From positions 32,001-96,000 of the IMG/VR virus record IMGVR_UViG_3300030099_007635: a stretch of DNA of 64,000 nt; one strand, given 5' to 3'. The notes beneath the pieces are model-generated. The model was not told the origin of the DNA and did no database searches. It saw only the letters and a list, made by a program, of their open reading frames with translations. Every line of letters starts with the position of its first letter. Position 1 is the stretch's first letter. Shown piece by piece: positions 9,605 to 19,423 of this stretch. Position numbers and translations under genes: made by a program. Origin of the DNA: a virus.

Positions 9605-10233
9605 ATCTCTAAATCAAAAAGTTGTTTACGAAAGATCTTGAAATTCATTTCGATATCATACAGGGCATCATGGAGTCTTTTGGGGTCATGATCAATGTTA
9701 TATTTCTTAAGAAGAGTGGCTTGAGATGTTTTTAAGCCTCTTTCTCTGTAGTTTAAGAGTCTATATTGCCAACCTATGAAATCGTCCTTATCAACAGGGA
9801 TTTGCTTGGCTATGGCAGTAGCTAAAGACTTTGTATCTATTATGCGGGGGACAAAAGAGTAATCAGTATTTCTTCCCATTAACTTACGCCAGATATTTAC
9901 CATGTAAACATCAAAACCCAAAAGATTTTGGCCCACAATTAAATTGTTTTCGTCATATAAATCCTCTGAAAACTTTTCCCAGACTATATTTGGAGGCATA
10001 GATTTTTTATTGTATTCTTTCATGGAGAAGCCTGTCACTTTAGCCGCTCCCTCTGAAACATTCAGATTTGGCCAATGCACGAACATATCATTTCTCGCAA
10101 TGATTTCATCGCCCTCCACAACCAACCAAGCAACTTGCCAAGGTCTAGAGGTGACTAAATTCAAACCTTCGGTTTCAGTATCGAAAACAATATATCTTTG
10201 TTTCTTGTTAAATCTAAGCAGTGACTCGTTCAT
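9601..10233 (-). CDS. DEDDh 3'-5' exonuclease (epsilon-like)
   Basis: FDTETEG, GQNLLGFD, HDALYD. Confidence 0.9.
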   Translation of the reverse strand: MNESLLRFNKKQRYIVFDTETEGLNLVTSRPWQVAWLVVEGDEIIARNDMFVHWPNLNVSEGAAKVTGFSMKEYNKKSMPPNIVWEKFSEDLYDENNLIVGQNLLGFDVYMVNIWRKLMGRNTDYSFVPRIIDTKSLATAIAKQIPVDKDDFIGWQYRLLNYRERGLKTSQATLLKKYNIDHDPKRLHDALYDIEMNFKIFRKQLFDLEI

Positions 10234-10960
10234 TTTCTAAATAAGATTCAATACAAAATTCATTACTCCCAAAGTGATCTAAGTTTGGACAGCTTAACGA
10301 AGCCGCTCTACCAAAATTTCTATTGCACAAAATCTTGTATGTTTGCAAAGCTTCTACGTCTGACTTGTTTTTATATAAAATTGTTTTTACTTTTTTAACT
10401 GGTTGCATCATTCCTCTCGCAAACTTCTCAACTTTTTCCCTCAGTAGATCATCAAAAGGTAGACCGTTTTGCTCTACCCAAAAAGTTGGTAGCATTTTAT
10501 AAAAGTCAGGAACACACTTTCTTAAATAAAAATTATTATTAAATATAAAGGAATCGTAAAAAGGAATTACTAATTCTAAGTCGTCACTCCACATTGAATT
10601 TAAGAAACTGAAATCTACCTTTCCGCTATCTGTGTGGGCATAGGAGTATATTCTGTAGAGCAAGCGGCAACCGTCATCGTTGTTTGCAAAGATAACAATC
10701 TTATGATCTGAATTGTCATCCTCAAGGGTATTATTGCAACATGTAATTCTTAAGCCAAAAACAAGATCAATGCCTTTTTCTTTGCAACGATTATGAGCCG
10801 TAACAAAGCCCGTCATTGAGTCTTCTACAAGAACTAGTGACTTAATTTTATTTTCCTCACAAATAGTAAAAATACTATCAGGACCGCCCTCTTTATCGTC
10901 GTCATCGAGAGTTAAGATGCTTTTACCTATAGAATATGTAGACTTAAATACTGGAGTCAT
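10214..10960 (-). CDS. Stand-alone, degenerate PHP domain of Pol III alpha
   Basis: FKSTYSIGKSIL, LVEDSMTGF, LVFGLRI and HKIVIFANNDDGCRLL follow the DnaE N-terminal pattern; start placed at ATG 10960 after the promoter. Confidence 0.8.
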   Translation of the reverse strand: MTPVFKSTYSIGKSILTLDDDDKEGGPDSIFTICEENKIKSLVLVEDSMTGFVTAHNRCKEKGIDLVFGLRITCCNNTLEDDNSDHKIVIFANNDDGCRLLYRIYSYAHTDSGKVDFSFLNSMWSDDLELVIPFYDSFIFNNNFYLRKCVPDFYKMLPTFWVEQNGLPFDDLLREKVEKFARGMMQPVKKVKTILYKNKSDVEALQTYKILCNRNFGRAASLSCPNLDHFGSNEFCIESYLENERVTA

Positions 10961-10967
10961 CAGTAAT

Positions 10968-10995
10968 ACTTTAACACCATCCAATGAGGTGTCAA
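10968..10995 (-). promoter_or_regulatory. Sigma70-type promoter TTGACA-16-TAAAGT, 7 nt before ATG
   Basis: Read directly on the minus strand. Confidence 0.55.
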
Positions 10996-12020
10996 GAAGA
11001 ATGTGCTGGACATCCTTGATAATACTTCATTTCGTAACCTCCCCCCTCAGGAACTAATTCCTCGGTAAACTCGTCCTCAAAGTATGAACCTATTTTCTCC
11101 TTGTTATTGTTCCATACCTCGTAAAAGAAAAAATCAAACTTCATCGGACAGTGCCACTTGGGAGATCCATCAAGTTTTAACTCTCCCTTTTCTTTAGCAA
11201 ACCCACACAGTAACTTACCACTGAAGGAATTATCCTTCGGAAAACCTTGGTGAGCAGCAAAGTTTTTCTTTGCGTCTTTTTCTGAAAAGTTATCTAGATA
11301 TTTTTGAATCTCAGAAAGCTGTAACTCAAAACCTTTGAGTTCATCTTCTTCCAAAGGTTTCATTTGAACTATACCCGACTTAGGTGCGTTAAGGTCTAAG
11401 TCGAATTTAAGGAAGAGGAACTCACTCACTCTTTCTGAATATTCGGGGAAGAGATTTTTCACAGCTAAACTATACATTAAATCTTGTAGATTATCTGTAG
11501 CATCTTTTCCCTTAAATACGTCCTTGCTGGTCTTAAAGTCCCTTATCAATGCAAACTTTTGTTTCTTGTATAGGAATAGTTTGTCAATAAAACCTCTGAT
11601 TTTATATTTTATATCTCCATCTACCTTGATAATATCAAAATCTTTTTCTGAAAATTCTTCTGTAGGCTTATCTAAGTCTTTACCAAAAAAATCATACGAG
11701 AGACCATTAAAAATCATCTCCTTCATTAAGTCTACATTTTCGCTATCGTCTATTCCCTCACGAATAGCGTGTTTTAGGATTAATCTCTTAATAGATTCTA
11801 CTGCGAAGACATCCTCATTTTTAATAATTTTATTATAGTATTTTTTTCTTTTGGGAACTCCCAAGACCTCAAAAACCAAATGACAAATGGAACCTCTTCT
11901 TGCTCCATCGTTGCTTTTGTCAGGTAAATGAAGCTTATACTTACACCAATAAAGCCAAGAACAAGACTGGGCAGTCTTAATTCGGCTAGCTGAAAGGGGT
12001 GTTTGAGGATCAGGCATCAC
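10992..12020 (-). CDS. PD-(D/E)XK exonuclease, RecB/AddB/Cas4-like
   Basis: LSASRI..C, GSICH, RGFIDK, DFKTS, MYSLA; N-terminal Cys plus three C-terminal Cys. Confidence 0.85.
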   Translation of the reverse strand: MMPDPQTPLSASRIKTAQSCSWLYWCKYKLHLPDKSNDGARRGSICHLVFEVLGVPKRKKYYNKIIKNEDVFAVESIKRLILKHAIREGIDDSENVDLMKEMIFNGLSYDFFGKDLDKPTEEFSEKDFDIIKVDGDIKYKIRGFIDKLFLYKKQKFALIRDFKTSKDVFKGKDATDNLQDLMYSLAVKNLFPEYSERVSEFLFLKFDLDLNAPKSGIVQMKPLEEDELKGFELQLSEIQKYLDNFSEKDAKKNFAAHQGFPKDNSFSGKLLCGFAKEKGELKLDGSPKWHCPMKFDFFFYEVWNNNKEKIGSYFEDEFTEELVPEGGGYEMKYYQGCPAHSS

Positions 12021-13077
12021 TAAGTATTAAGGCCGTCTGTATTTCTTTCTTAGTGAAGCAGGATGGGTTGTTTTTAACAAAATCTAGAATGTAAGCGAAT
12101 TGTGCGGCCCTGTCGATGTCTCTAGTAAGCCAGTTATTTAGGTTATACCCATCCAAATGAGCATCACCAAAATCATTATAGGGTTTTGGTGGAAATTTTA
12201 CAGTCAAACTGTCTAGATCAAAATATTTCGAAAGTTTAATAAAGCTTTTTATTCCTGCAATAAATCCTCTATTTTCCCCACTACCCTTATCGTTATTTGT
12301 TGAAATATATATATGCCGAATAGAGTGAGCACTAAGATAATTAATAATGTTGTTGTTAACAGATAAGCCAAAAATGACCAAAACATTTTTGATACCTTGT
12401 TCATAAAGAGCCAGCGCATCACCTATACTTTCTACTAAAATAACTTCTTTTTTTAATTTTATTTCTTCATCTACCTCAGTCTTTTTATTTAAAGCGGGGT
12501 AAACCCAATTGTTTCTTTTTCCTATATGCTTCCATTTAGGATAATTGTTATCCTCATCCACCTTTCTTCCCGAAAAGCCAATGAGTTGGGTGTGTTCATT
12601 ATAAATAGGAAATACCATTCTTCTATACATTTTGCCTACACCCGCTAAGCCTACCTGAAACTTTTGTTGTGTTAGCTCTGATATGTCCTTTTTCTTATAA
12701 AAGTTATAATTAGGAAAGAGTTTTTCCAAAGATTCTTCTGGATAAATTTTTTCCATTTCTATTTTTTCTGTTGGGGAATAAGTTATTACGTTTTCTGTAG
12801 AAGACTTCCCTAAAATTTCTGTAACCTTAGAGGAGTCTTTAACAGTTAGTTGGACAAGGGCTTCAAACGGTTTAGATCCTTTGTTTTCCACAAAATCCAT
12901 CCAAACACCTGTATTTTTGTATATTTTTACAGCGGTTTTATTGTCTCCGTCTCGATATAAAGCCTGTGTTCTCCAGTGGTCTCCACAATCAATTAGCTGA
13001 TAGCCTATTGACTCTAGAATCCCCTGAAAGTCTTCAGAATTGATCGAAGTCTGGGATTGTCTCTTGGGTTCCTTCAC
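12010..13077 (-). CDS. dnaG: DnaG-type DNA primase
   Basis: RRMVFPI..GFSGR, PKWKH, TOPRIM LVESIGDALAL, NDFGD; adjacent to DnaB. Confidence 0.85.
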   Translation of the reverse strand: MKEPKRQSQTSINSEDFQGILESIGYQLIDCGDHWRTQALYRDGDNKTAVKIYKNTGVWMDFVENKGSKPFEALVQLTVKDSSKVTEILGKSSTENVITYSPTEKIEMEKIYPEESLEKLFPNYNFYKKKDISELTQQKFQVGLAGVGKMYRRMVFPIYNEHTQLIGFSGRKVDEDNNYPKWKHIGKRNNWVYPALNKKTEVDEEIKLKKEVILVESIGDALALYEQGIKNVLVIFGLSVNNNIINYLSAHSIRHIYISTNNDKGSGENRGFIAGIKSFIKLSKYFDLDSLTVKFPPKPYNDFGDAHLDGYNLNNWLTRDIDRAAQFAYILDFVKNNPSCFTKKEIQTALILSDA

Positions 13078-14551
13078 TATCTAAATCCTCCTCTCCATCA
13101 AGCATCCTTGCAATATCTCTTAAATCTCCCCTTTCTGTAATATTAAAATTATTAAAATCTAAATTAATAGCATTCTTGCGGAGAGCATCTCCAATTCTTA
13201 CTGGTTCAACCGCTCCAGCTATATCACTACCTAAGTGTCTCGATTTAACATTAATTAGTTTATGTGTTCCAAATCTTCCACCCTCAGTCTCAATCTCATC
13301 GTTAGTTTTGTTCCTTAAAATAAACATGTGGGAGCAGAACTGAGTAATACGGTCAGACAGTGAAACAATAGACTCATCGTCTACTATGTTCTGAGAGGTT
13401 CTATTATTGGTAATTCCATACCTATTAGACTGGACAGAAGTAATCATTGGGATAATAGGATTTCCATCATGTAGAATTTCTTTTTGAACACACTTTTTAA
13501 ATTTATCTACCATTTCTCCTACCACTTGCCATTCTGATTTGTTTGAAATGTTTTCCGAGGTGGTCTTGATATAATCAAAAGAAAAGACCATGGGATTCCC
13601 ACGCCCAACTTTGGCATAATAAAATCTCTTGAGAGTGTTAACCATGGAATCTACATCCAAGCCACCAACGTTATAATAATAGAATTTTAAGTTTTTAACC
13701 TTAGGCCAAACAGAGCGCACTTTCTCTACTACGTTTTCTCCCGCCTGTCTCCATTTACCGCTCTCTAATAGGTGCATGGAAACTCCAGAAAGAGCAGCAC
13801 ATTGACGCATAATAAGCTCCTCCTTGCTCATTTCACCGTTATCGAAGTGTAATACAGGAACATCATACTGAAGACTGACCTTTGTAGTGTAGTCCATGCA
13901 GAAATTTGTTTTTCCGACTCCAGAGCGAGCCACAATAACGGTAATATTACCAGCGCGAAGAAGAGACCCATAAATTTCATTAACCTTGGGGTGCGGCCCC
14001 ATCATTCCAAATTCTGTAACAGGATTATTGCCACGATCTTCAATGATATCCTCCATCTCCTCGTAAATATTCTCAGGAGAATCATTGCCCATCTCATAAA
14101 GATTAATACGAGAATTGTAGGTATTGTCGGCGGCTTCTATAATTGAGCGATAAGATGCCTCAGGAGGCATATTCTTCATCTTCTTGGCAATATCCTGAGA
14201 GGACTCTAAAATTTCACGCCTTATTGAATATTTTTTTAATTCTTTAGCTGTCTTGATGGCATTTCCCTTTGGGACTTTTCTCAATGCTAGAGATTTGATA
14301 TAATCAGCGGGGTTTAAATTATCCTCAAAAGACAACCCAACATCATTAACTCTTTGAGCTATGATAACCTCATCTACTTCGTCTCCAGAATCTATAGCCT
14401 GTTGAACTATGCGGAAAATAGTCGAATGAAGAGAGCTTTGCTTTGAATAAAAGTCTGAAGTTCCGATGAAGTTGGAGATTTCTGAGAGACTATCGGGTTC
14501 CTTTATGAGACCCGCTAAAAGTTGTTTTTCTAATTCAAAATTATAAATCAT
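13034..14551 (-). CDS. dnaB: Replicative DNA helicase
   Basis: N-terminal EKQLLAGLI, Walker A ARSGVGKT, GEMS, FDYI, VQSNR, KSRH. Confidence 0.92.
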   Translation of the reverse strand: MIYNFELEKQLLAGLIKEPDSLSEISNFIGTSDFYSKQSSLHSTIFRIVQQAIDSGDEVDEVIIAQRVNDVGLSFEDNLNPADYIKSLALRKVPKGNAIKTAKELKKYSIRREILESSQDIAKKMKNMPPEASYRSIIEAADNTYNSRINLYEMGNDSPENIYEEMEDIIEDRGNNPVTEFGMMGPHPKVNEIYGSLLRAGNITVIVARSGVGKTNFCMDYTTKVSLQYDVPVLHFDNGEMSKEELIMRQCAALSGVSMHLLESGKWRQAGENVVEKVRSVWPKVKNLKFYYYNVGGLDVDSMVNTLKRFYYAKVGRGNPMVFSFDYIKTTSENISNKSEWQVVGEMVDKFKKCVQKEILHDGNPIIPMITSVQSNRYGITNNRTSQNIVDDESIVSLSDRITQFCSHMFILRNKTNDEIETEGGRFGTHKLINVKSRHLGSDIAGAVEPVRIGDALRKNAINLDFNNFNITERGDLRDIARMLDGEEDLDSEGTQETIPDFDQF

Positions 14552-14787
14552 TTATCTTCCTCCATTGGCTCATTTGCACCCGAGAGATGATTCTCTAGAG
14601 CCTTAGTTAAAGCAAACTCAGTCATACCACAATCAAATTTACAATATATTAAGGGCTTACCATTTTCAGAAGATGCGGCTAAGATTACCCCTTTGTATTT
14701 ATCCGCACCTCCTGATAATTCATAAAGTTTATCAACCATCTCTGTGGGTATTGAAAATTCTGAGTTGCCATCGTCTCCTAAATTCAT
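14548..14787 (-). CDS. Hypothetical protein
   Basis: 79-aa ORF overlapping both neighbours by 4 nt. Confidence 0.7.
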   Translation of the reverse strand: MNLGDDGNSEFSIPTEMVDKLYELSGGADKYKGVILAASSENGKPLIYCKFDCGMTEFALTKALENHLSGANEPMEEDK

Positions 14788-15191
14788 AGATAAATATCCT
14801 GTTTCTTAAATAATGATGCCGCAATTTCATCTTGCGGATAAACCTCTGCTAACTTTATATCGTTAGCCTTGCAGAAGTCAAGTTTCTTCTCGTCTCTTTT
14901 TAGCTGGTCGGAATATTTGAAACGATTTTTGTGAAAAAACTTAACATATTTTGTGTGTTGTGCTCCTTGAACCTCCACAGCGATTTTTTTATTAGCATTG
15001 TAAAAATCTAAAGTTAATCGGCTCCCAACAACTCTGAACTCCTCAAAAACAATATCATTCTTCCAATAAGGATACAAAAATTTTTTAACAGAAGTTTGAA
15101 ACTTGCTGCGGCTGGGTTTTTCCCAGTCTATTAAATATTTTTTTGCGTTTTTAAGGTTTCTCTCTTTGCCATATCCATCAATAAACTTCAT
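14784..15191 (-). CDS. Vsr/DUF559-like PD-(D/E)XK endonuclease
   Basis: LDFY..KIAVEVQGAQH..RDEKKLDFC. Confidence 0.8.
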   Translation of the reverse strand: MKFIDGYGKERNLKNAKKYLIDWEKPSRSKFQTSVKKFLYPYWKNDIVFEEFRVVGSRLTLDFYNANKKIAVEVQGAQHTKYVKFFHKNRFKYSDQLKRDEKKLDFCKANDIKLAEVYPQDEIAASLFKKQDIYL

Positions 15192-16300
15192 GCGCCTATT
15201 TGTTCCTTAAAATAATCTATTAAAAATTTACATAGATCTTTATTTTCTTCAACTGTCTTGAAGAGATTGTTGTCTCCTTGTATTTTTTCAGGAAACTCCA
15301 GATTATTGGAGTCGAGAAGCTCCTTAAAGTCTTCAGTAGGCTTAATCCAAGCCCCCTTCTTTTCTACGAACTCCCAAGCATAAAGGAGATCAATAACCTC
15401 CTTCTCGATCCAGATAGATGTGCCTCCCGTGCGCCCATAACGAATTGGGTAGGATACTGTAGTGTTCGTATTTTCATGAGCAGACTTTTTGATTGTAACT
15501 TTTGCATGATGTCCAATAATTGGATTTTTCTTGGCATCCATGGTTTTAACGGCGGGATTTTTAAGAATCAAATCTCCTTTAAAGCGAGGTTCAAACTCCA
15601 TAATGTTATTCGCAAAGTGGAGTAACGCATTTCCTCCTGTCGCTGTAGTTTGACGCACGGGTGCTTTAGAGTATGGATCTAGCTTAATGTCTGCTCTTAC
15701 CTGACTGATGAATATCGCCATGTGTCCACGCTTTCCTAGTGCAGTGCTTGTCTTTTTGCAAAAGTCAGATGCAATCACTGCTCCCCCAGCAACCTTACTG
15801 CTTTCTTCAAAATTCTTTCCAAAATCGTCTTTTTTGATTAGGCCATCTACTGAATCCAATATAAAACAATATTTAATCTTATCATCATTGTTAGTAATGA
15901 GTTGGCGAATAAGTCCCATTGCTGTTTCATAAATATTGCTTTCAAAAACAAAACAGGTTCCATCAACCCATTCTTCTGGCGTGAAAACGAATTTTACCCC
16001 AGATCTTTCTTGAACCTCAGGTCCAAGCCTACCCTCTGCTTTAATATATAGACCTCTGGATTTATCAAGGTTTCCCAGAAAGTTCTTCATTACCTGTAAT
16101 GACTCTGAGGTTTTTCCTCCCTCATTAACGCCAGTAAAACGGTGAAGCCCAGGTCCAAAACCACCTGCCAAATACAAATCTAGCTGTAACGATCCACTAG
16201 AAACCTTATATTCCACTGTCTCTTCAAAATTATAATGATCATCCTTATTTGCCTTTAGGTAATTACCAAGAATGTTTTCGGGGTTTACATTTTCACTCAT
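15188..16300 (-). CDS. recA: RecA/UvsX-like recombinase
   Basis: SSGSLQLD, GVNEGGKT, ILDSVDGL, IFISQVR, TGGNALLH, KKGAW. Confidence 0.92.
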   Translation of the reverse strand: MSENVNPENILGNYLKANKDDHYNFEETVEYKVSSGSLQLDLYLAGGFGPGLHRFTGVNEGGKTSESLQVMKNFLGNLDKSRGLYIKAEGRLGPEVQERSGVKFVFTPEEWVDGTCFVFESNIYETAMGLIRQLITNNDDKIKYCFILDSVDGLIKKDDFGKNFEESSKVAGGAVIASDFCKKTSTALGKRGHMAIFISQVRADIKLDPYSKAPVRQTTATGGNALLHFANNIMEFEPRFKGDLILKNPAVKTMDAKKNPIIGHHAKVTIKKSAHENTNTTVSYPIRYGRTGGTSIWIEKEVIDLLYAWEFVEKKGAWIKPTEDFKELLDSNNLEFPEKIQGDNNLFKTVEENKDLCKFLIDYFKEQIGA

Positions 16301-16640
16301 CTAAAAAATCTTTTACTGTTTTTATTTTTGGGACGACAGTTTTGTCTTCGCCCACCTTTTCTCCGAAATGATAAGTCTCATATTTGGATAAATCAACCCT
16401 AAAGTTGAAAGCTCTGAATTTTTCATCTAGGGTAGACTTTAGCTTATCGCTTACAAGATAAGCCAGTGAGTCAAACTTCTTTGCAAAGCTGACAATATCC
16501 ATAAATTCTAGGGAATAGCGCTCACATAAATCATTGAGCATTTTCATTTCCCTAGCAAAAAAAGGTCTTCTTCCTTTATCGGGAACTTCCAATAAACGAA
16601 AAATAATCTCTCTTTTGTTTGGACCTTTAGACTTTGCCAC
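16293..16640 (-). CDS. Hypothetical protein
   Basis: 115-aa ORF overlapping both neighbours. Confidence 0.7.
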   Translation of the reverse strand: MAKSKGPNKREIIFRLLEVPDKGRRPFFAREMKMLNDLCERYSLEFMDIVSFAKKFDSLAYLVSDKLKSTLDEKFRAFNFRVDLSKYETYHFGEKVGEDKTVVPKIKTVKDFLDE

Positions 16641-17695
16641 TATGGATACATAACAGGTCCAGCATCCCTGTCAACCATTTTTTTCACAAGCTGTATAAAG
16701 TTGCAGGTAGGTTTCCATCCTAATTCTTCGCGAGCTTTTGAAGAATCTCCAAGTAATAAATCTACTTCCGCTGGCCTATAAAAATCTTTATTAATTTCTA
16801 CAAGACAATCGTTGCCGTGAAAATATTTCTCATTAATTCCTTTACCCCTCCACTCAGATACCGATCTATGAAAACCAACAAAATTAAATGCTTCTATTAC
16901 AAACTCTCTTATTGTGTGTGTTTCATTGGAAGATAAAACATAATCTTTCTCTTTTCCTCTTTCTTGATTAAGCATTAACCAAACGCCTTTAATAAAGTCT
17001 TCTGCATCGCTCCAATCTCTTCGTGCATCTATATTTCCCAATTGTAGAGGTTTGATGACTCTGCCTGTTTCAAACTCTTTAAGAATTCTTGCTACATTTT
17101 TTGTTATTTTTCTTGTTACAAACTCCTCTCCTCTTCGCACTCCCTCATGGTTAAATAACCATCCCTGAACGGCATAGATATCATAAGAATCTCTGTATAC
17201 CTTGACTAAATGCCTAGCGGCGCACTTAGATGCTCCATACGGACTTCTGGGGCGCAATGGGTGCTCTTCTGACTGTGGAGATGTAACAACATCCCCAAAT
17301 TCTTCAGAGCTTCCTGCGTTGTAATATCGACAATGTGGAGCATGACGACGAATAGCCTCTAGTTGATGCAAAACAGCCATACAGTTAGTTTGCATATGAT
17401 TGAAGGGCATGTCCCAACTGCTACCAACAAAGGAATTTGCTGCAAAATTGATAAAGTAATCGGGCTTGTGTTCCGATATGACTCTTTCTGTGTTTTGTGG
17501 GTCTGAAACATCTAAATCAATAAGAAAAAATCTATCGTTACTTTCTAAGTGTTTTATATTTTTATGATTCTCAACACTTAACCTTCTTACTCCTCCAATG
17601 ATTGTGTGTTCCGTATTTTTAAGAAGGTAATCAGCCATCAAGCTACCATCTTGACCTGTAACTCCTGTAACAATTATTGTTTTAATTTCAGACAT
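16640..17695 (-). CDS. gmd: GDP-mannose 4,6-dehydratase family
   Basis: TGVTGQDGS, PRSPYGASK, LFNHE, FVTRKIT, RDWSDAED, RPAEVDLLLGD. Confidence 0.95.
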   Translation of the reverse strand: MSEIKTIIVTGVTGQDGSLMADYLLKNTEHTIIGGVRRLSVENHKNIKHLESNDRFFLIDLDVSDPQNTERVISEHKPDYFINFAANSFVGSSWDMPFNHMQTNCMAVLHQLEAIRRHAPHCRYYNAGSSEEFGDVVTSPQSEEHPLRPRSPYGASKCAARHLVKVYRDSYDIYAVQGWLFNHEGVRRGEEFVTRKITKNVARILKEFETGRVIKPLQLGNIDARRDWSDAEDFIKGVWLMLNQERGKEKDYVLSSNETHTIREFVIEAFNFVGFHRSVSEWRGKGINEKYFHGNDCLVEINKDFYRPAEVDLLLGDSSKAREELGWKPTCNFIQLVKKMVDRDAGPVMYP

Positions 17696-18599
17696 TTTCT
17701 AAATACCAGTTATAAGTTTTTCTTAATCCTTCACACAATGTAGTTGTAGCTTTGAATCCTAAAAGCTCTTCTGCTTTGCTTGTGTCTAGACAGCGCCGTG
17801 GTTGACCGTTAGGTTTATCACTGTCATATACAATTTCCCCATCAAACCCAACTATCATTGCTATTTTTTTAACTAGGTCTTTGATTGTGATTTCAGAACC
17901 AGTTCCAATATTGATGGGTTCAGGATCGTCATGTTTATCCAAGGCTAGCTCGATAGCCTCTGCACAGTCTCCCGCATACAAAAACTCTCGCGAAGCGCTT
18001 CCATCACCCCAAACTTCTACAGAATCCAGATTGTTTACTTTTGCTTCGTGTAGTTTTCTAATCAAAGCAGGTATGACATGGGAACTGTCGAGGTCAAAAT
18101 TGTCATTTTCTCCATACATATTAACAGGAATGAGATGAATGAAGTTATCACCATACTGGTCATTGTAAGCCTTACAGCCAACTAATAAACTTTTTTTAGC
18201 AATACCATAAGGAGCGTTAGTTTCCTCTGGGTATCCATCCCAAATATTTTCCTCCTTAAAGGGAACGGGTGTGAATTTTGGGTAGGAGCAAACACTACCT
18301 AACGTAATTAATTTTTTGACTTTCACATGGTTAGCCATGGCTAAAATATTTATGCTCATCATAGAGTTCTTAGCAAAGAAATCTGCTGGAGATTTTTGAT
18401 TAGCTCCTATTCCCCCACAAACAGCAGCTAAGTGAATAATTGCCTCTGGTTTATGATTTGATAAATAATTATAAAGGTGAACTATGTCTTGCACGTTTAG
18501 CTCAGAGCTATTGGGTGTTAGTAGCTCATGCTTGTCCTTTAATCTTTCAACTAAATGATGACCCAAAAAGCCATGTGATCCTGTAATTAATATTTTCAT
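17688..18599 (-). CDS. fcl: GDP-L-fucose synthase (epimerase/reductase) family
   Basis: LAAVCGGIGAN, SVCSYP, YGIAK, SHVIPALIRK, WGDGSASREFLY. Confidence 0.95.
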   Translation of the reverse strand: MKILITGSHGFLGHHLVERLKDKHELLTPNSSELNVQDIVHLYNYLSNHKPEAIIHLAAVCGGIGANQKSPADFFAKNSMMSINILAMANHVKVKKLITLGSVCSYPKFTPVPFKEENIWDGYPEETNAPYGIAKKSLLVGCKAYNDQYGDNFIHLIPVNMYGENDNFDLDSSHVIPALIRKLHEAKVNNLDSVEVWGDGSASREFLYAGDCAEAIELALDKHDDPEPINIGTGSEITIKDLVKKIAMIVGFDGEIVYDSDKPNGQPRRCLDTSKAEELLGFKATTTLCEGLRKTYNWYLENV

Positions 18600-19423
18600 T
18601 TTAAAAAGTCTGCCAAAAGTGAGTCGATGGCCTGTTTGTAATGTGAATATGGGCGTGGTGCTATAAGTTCTGTGTAGTGTCCATTTTTTAGAGCTTCGGG
18701 GTCATAGTTGAACTTGCCACCGCGAAGGTGTAATCCTCTGTCAATTCTTCTGGGTAGCCACTGTTTTCTGAACATACCCAATTTAACAAAGACACTATCA
18801 TCTACGTTTTTAGAATAACTATCAATGCAATGTGAGGCGTAGCATTCATCTAATCCCCATAGGTTAGGCGGTAAGGTATAATTTCCTCTGTGTGAAAACA
18901 CTTTTGTTATTTCATCTTCCCATCTATCTTCTATGTTGAATATTTTTTTAAATGTAGAACCTTTTGCGGAAAGATGGGAGGTAGGGTAAAATGCATGAGG
19001 AATATTACTGTGGTATCCTAGAGTGTCAGGCGTATAGCCTTCGTAAGCATCATCAAATCCAATTACATATTTTTCTTCATCAATATCTTTTAACAAATCA
19101 AAATAAAAATCAGAAAGATCTATCTCGTCTATTCCTGAAGTAACACAAACATCATTTGGAAATTGGGAAGCTCCCCACTTTAACGCCCAAGTTACAGACC
19201 AGTCTGGTTTTGCAGAGACTGTTACCGCATCTACTCTGTCAACTCTAATGATGTCTCCATGATCCTTAGAGAGATTGCTATCACTAAGCTCTTCTGCGCT
19301 TCCTACATAAATTAGAGTAGGACGCAAATTGAATCTTTCGTTCCAAATAGGAGAAAAGATATTCCAAAAATCCGCATAAAGAGGATTACTGTTTAATGTT
19401 GTTATGATTCTATCTACTTTCAT
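18596..19423 (-). CDS. Uncharacterised protein, possible GT-A glycosyltransferase; paralog of 29224..30018
   Basis: Shares LNSNPLY, TSGIDEI, KGSTFKK and WGLDE blocks with the paralog; glycan-cluster context. Confidence 0.5.
   Translation of the reverse strand: MKVDRIITTLNSNPLYADFWNIFSPIWNERFNLRPTLIYVGSAEELSDSNLSKDHGDIIRVDRVDAVTVSAKPDWSVTWALKWGASQFPNDVCVTSGIDEIDLSDFYFDLLKDIDEEKYVIGFDDAYEGYTPDTLGYHSNIPHAFYPTSHLSAKGSTFKKIFNIEDRWEDEITKVFSHRGNYTLPPNLWGLDECYASHCIDSYSKNVDDSVFVKLGMFRKQWLPRRIDRGLHLRGGKFNYDPEALKNGHYTELIAPRPYSHYKQAIDSLLADFLK

Noticed and set aside
10992-12020. Cas4 as evidence of a CRISPR-Cas system
   Set aside because: No cas1/cas2 or array; replication context fits a recombination nuclease
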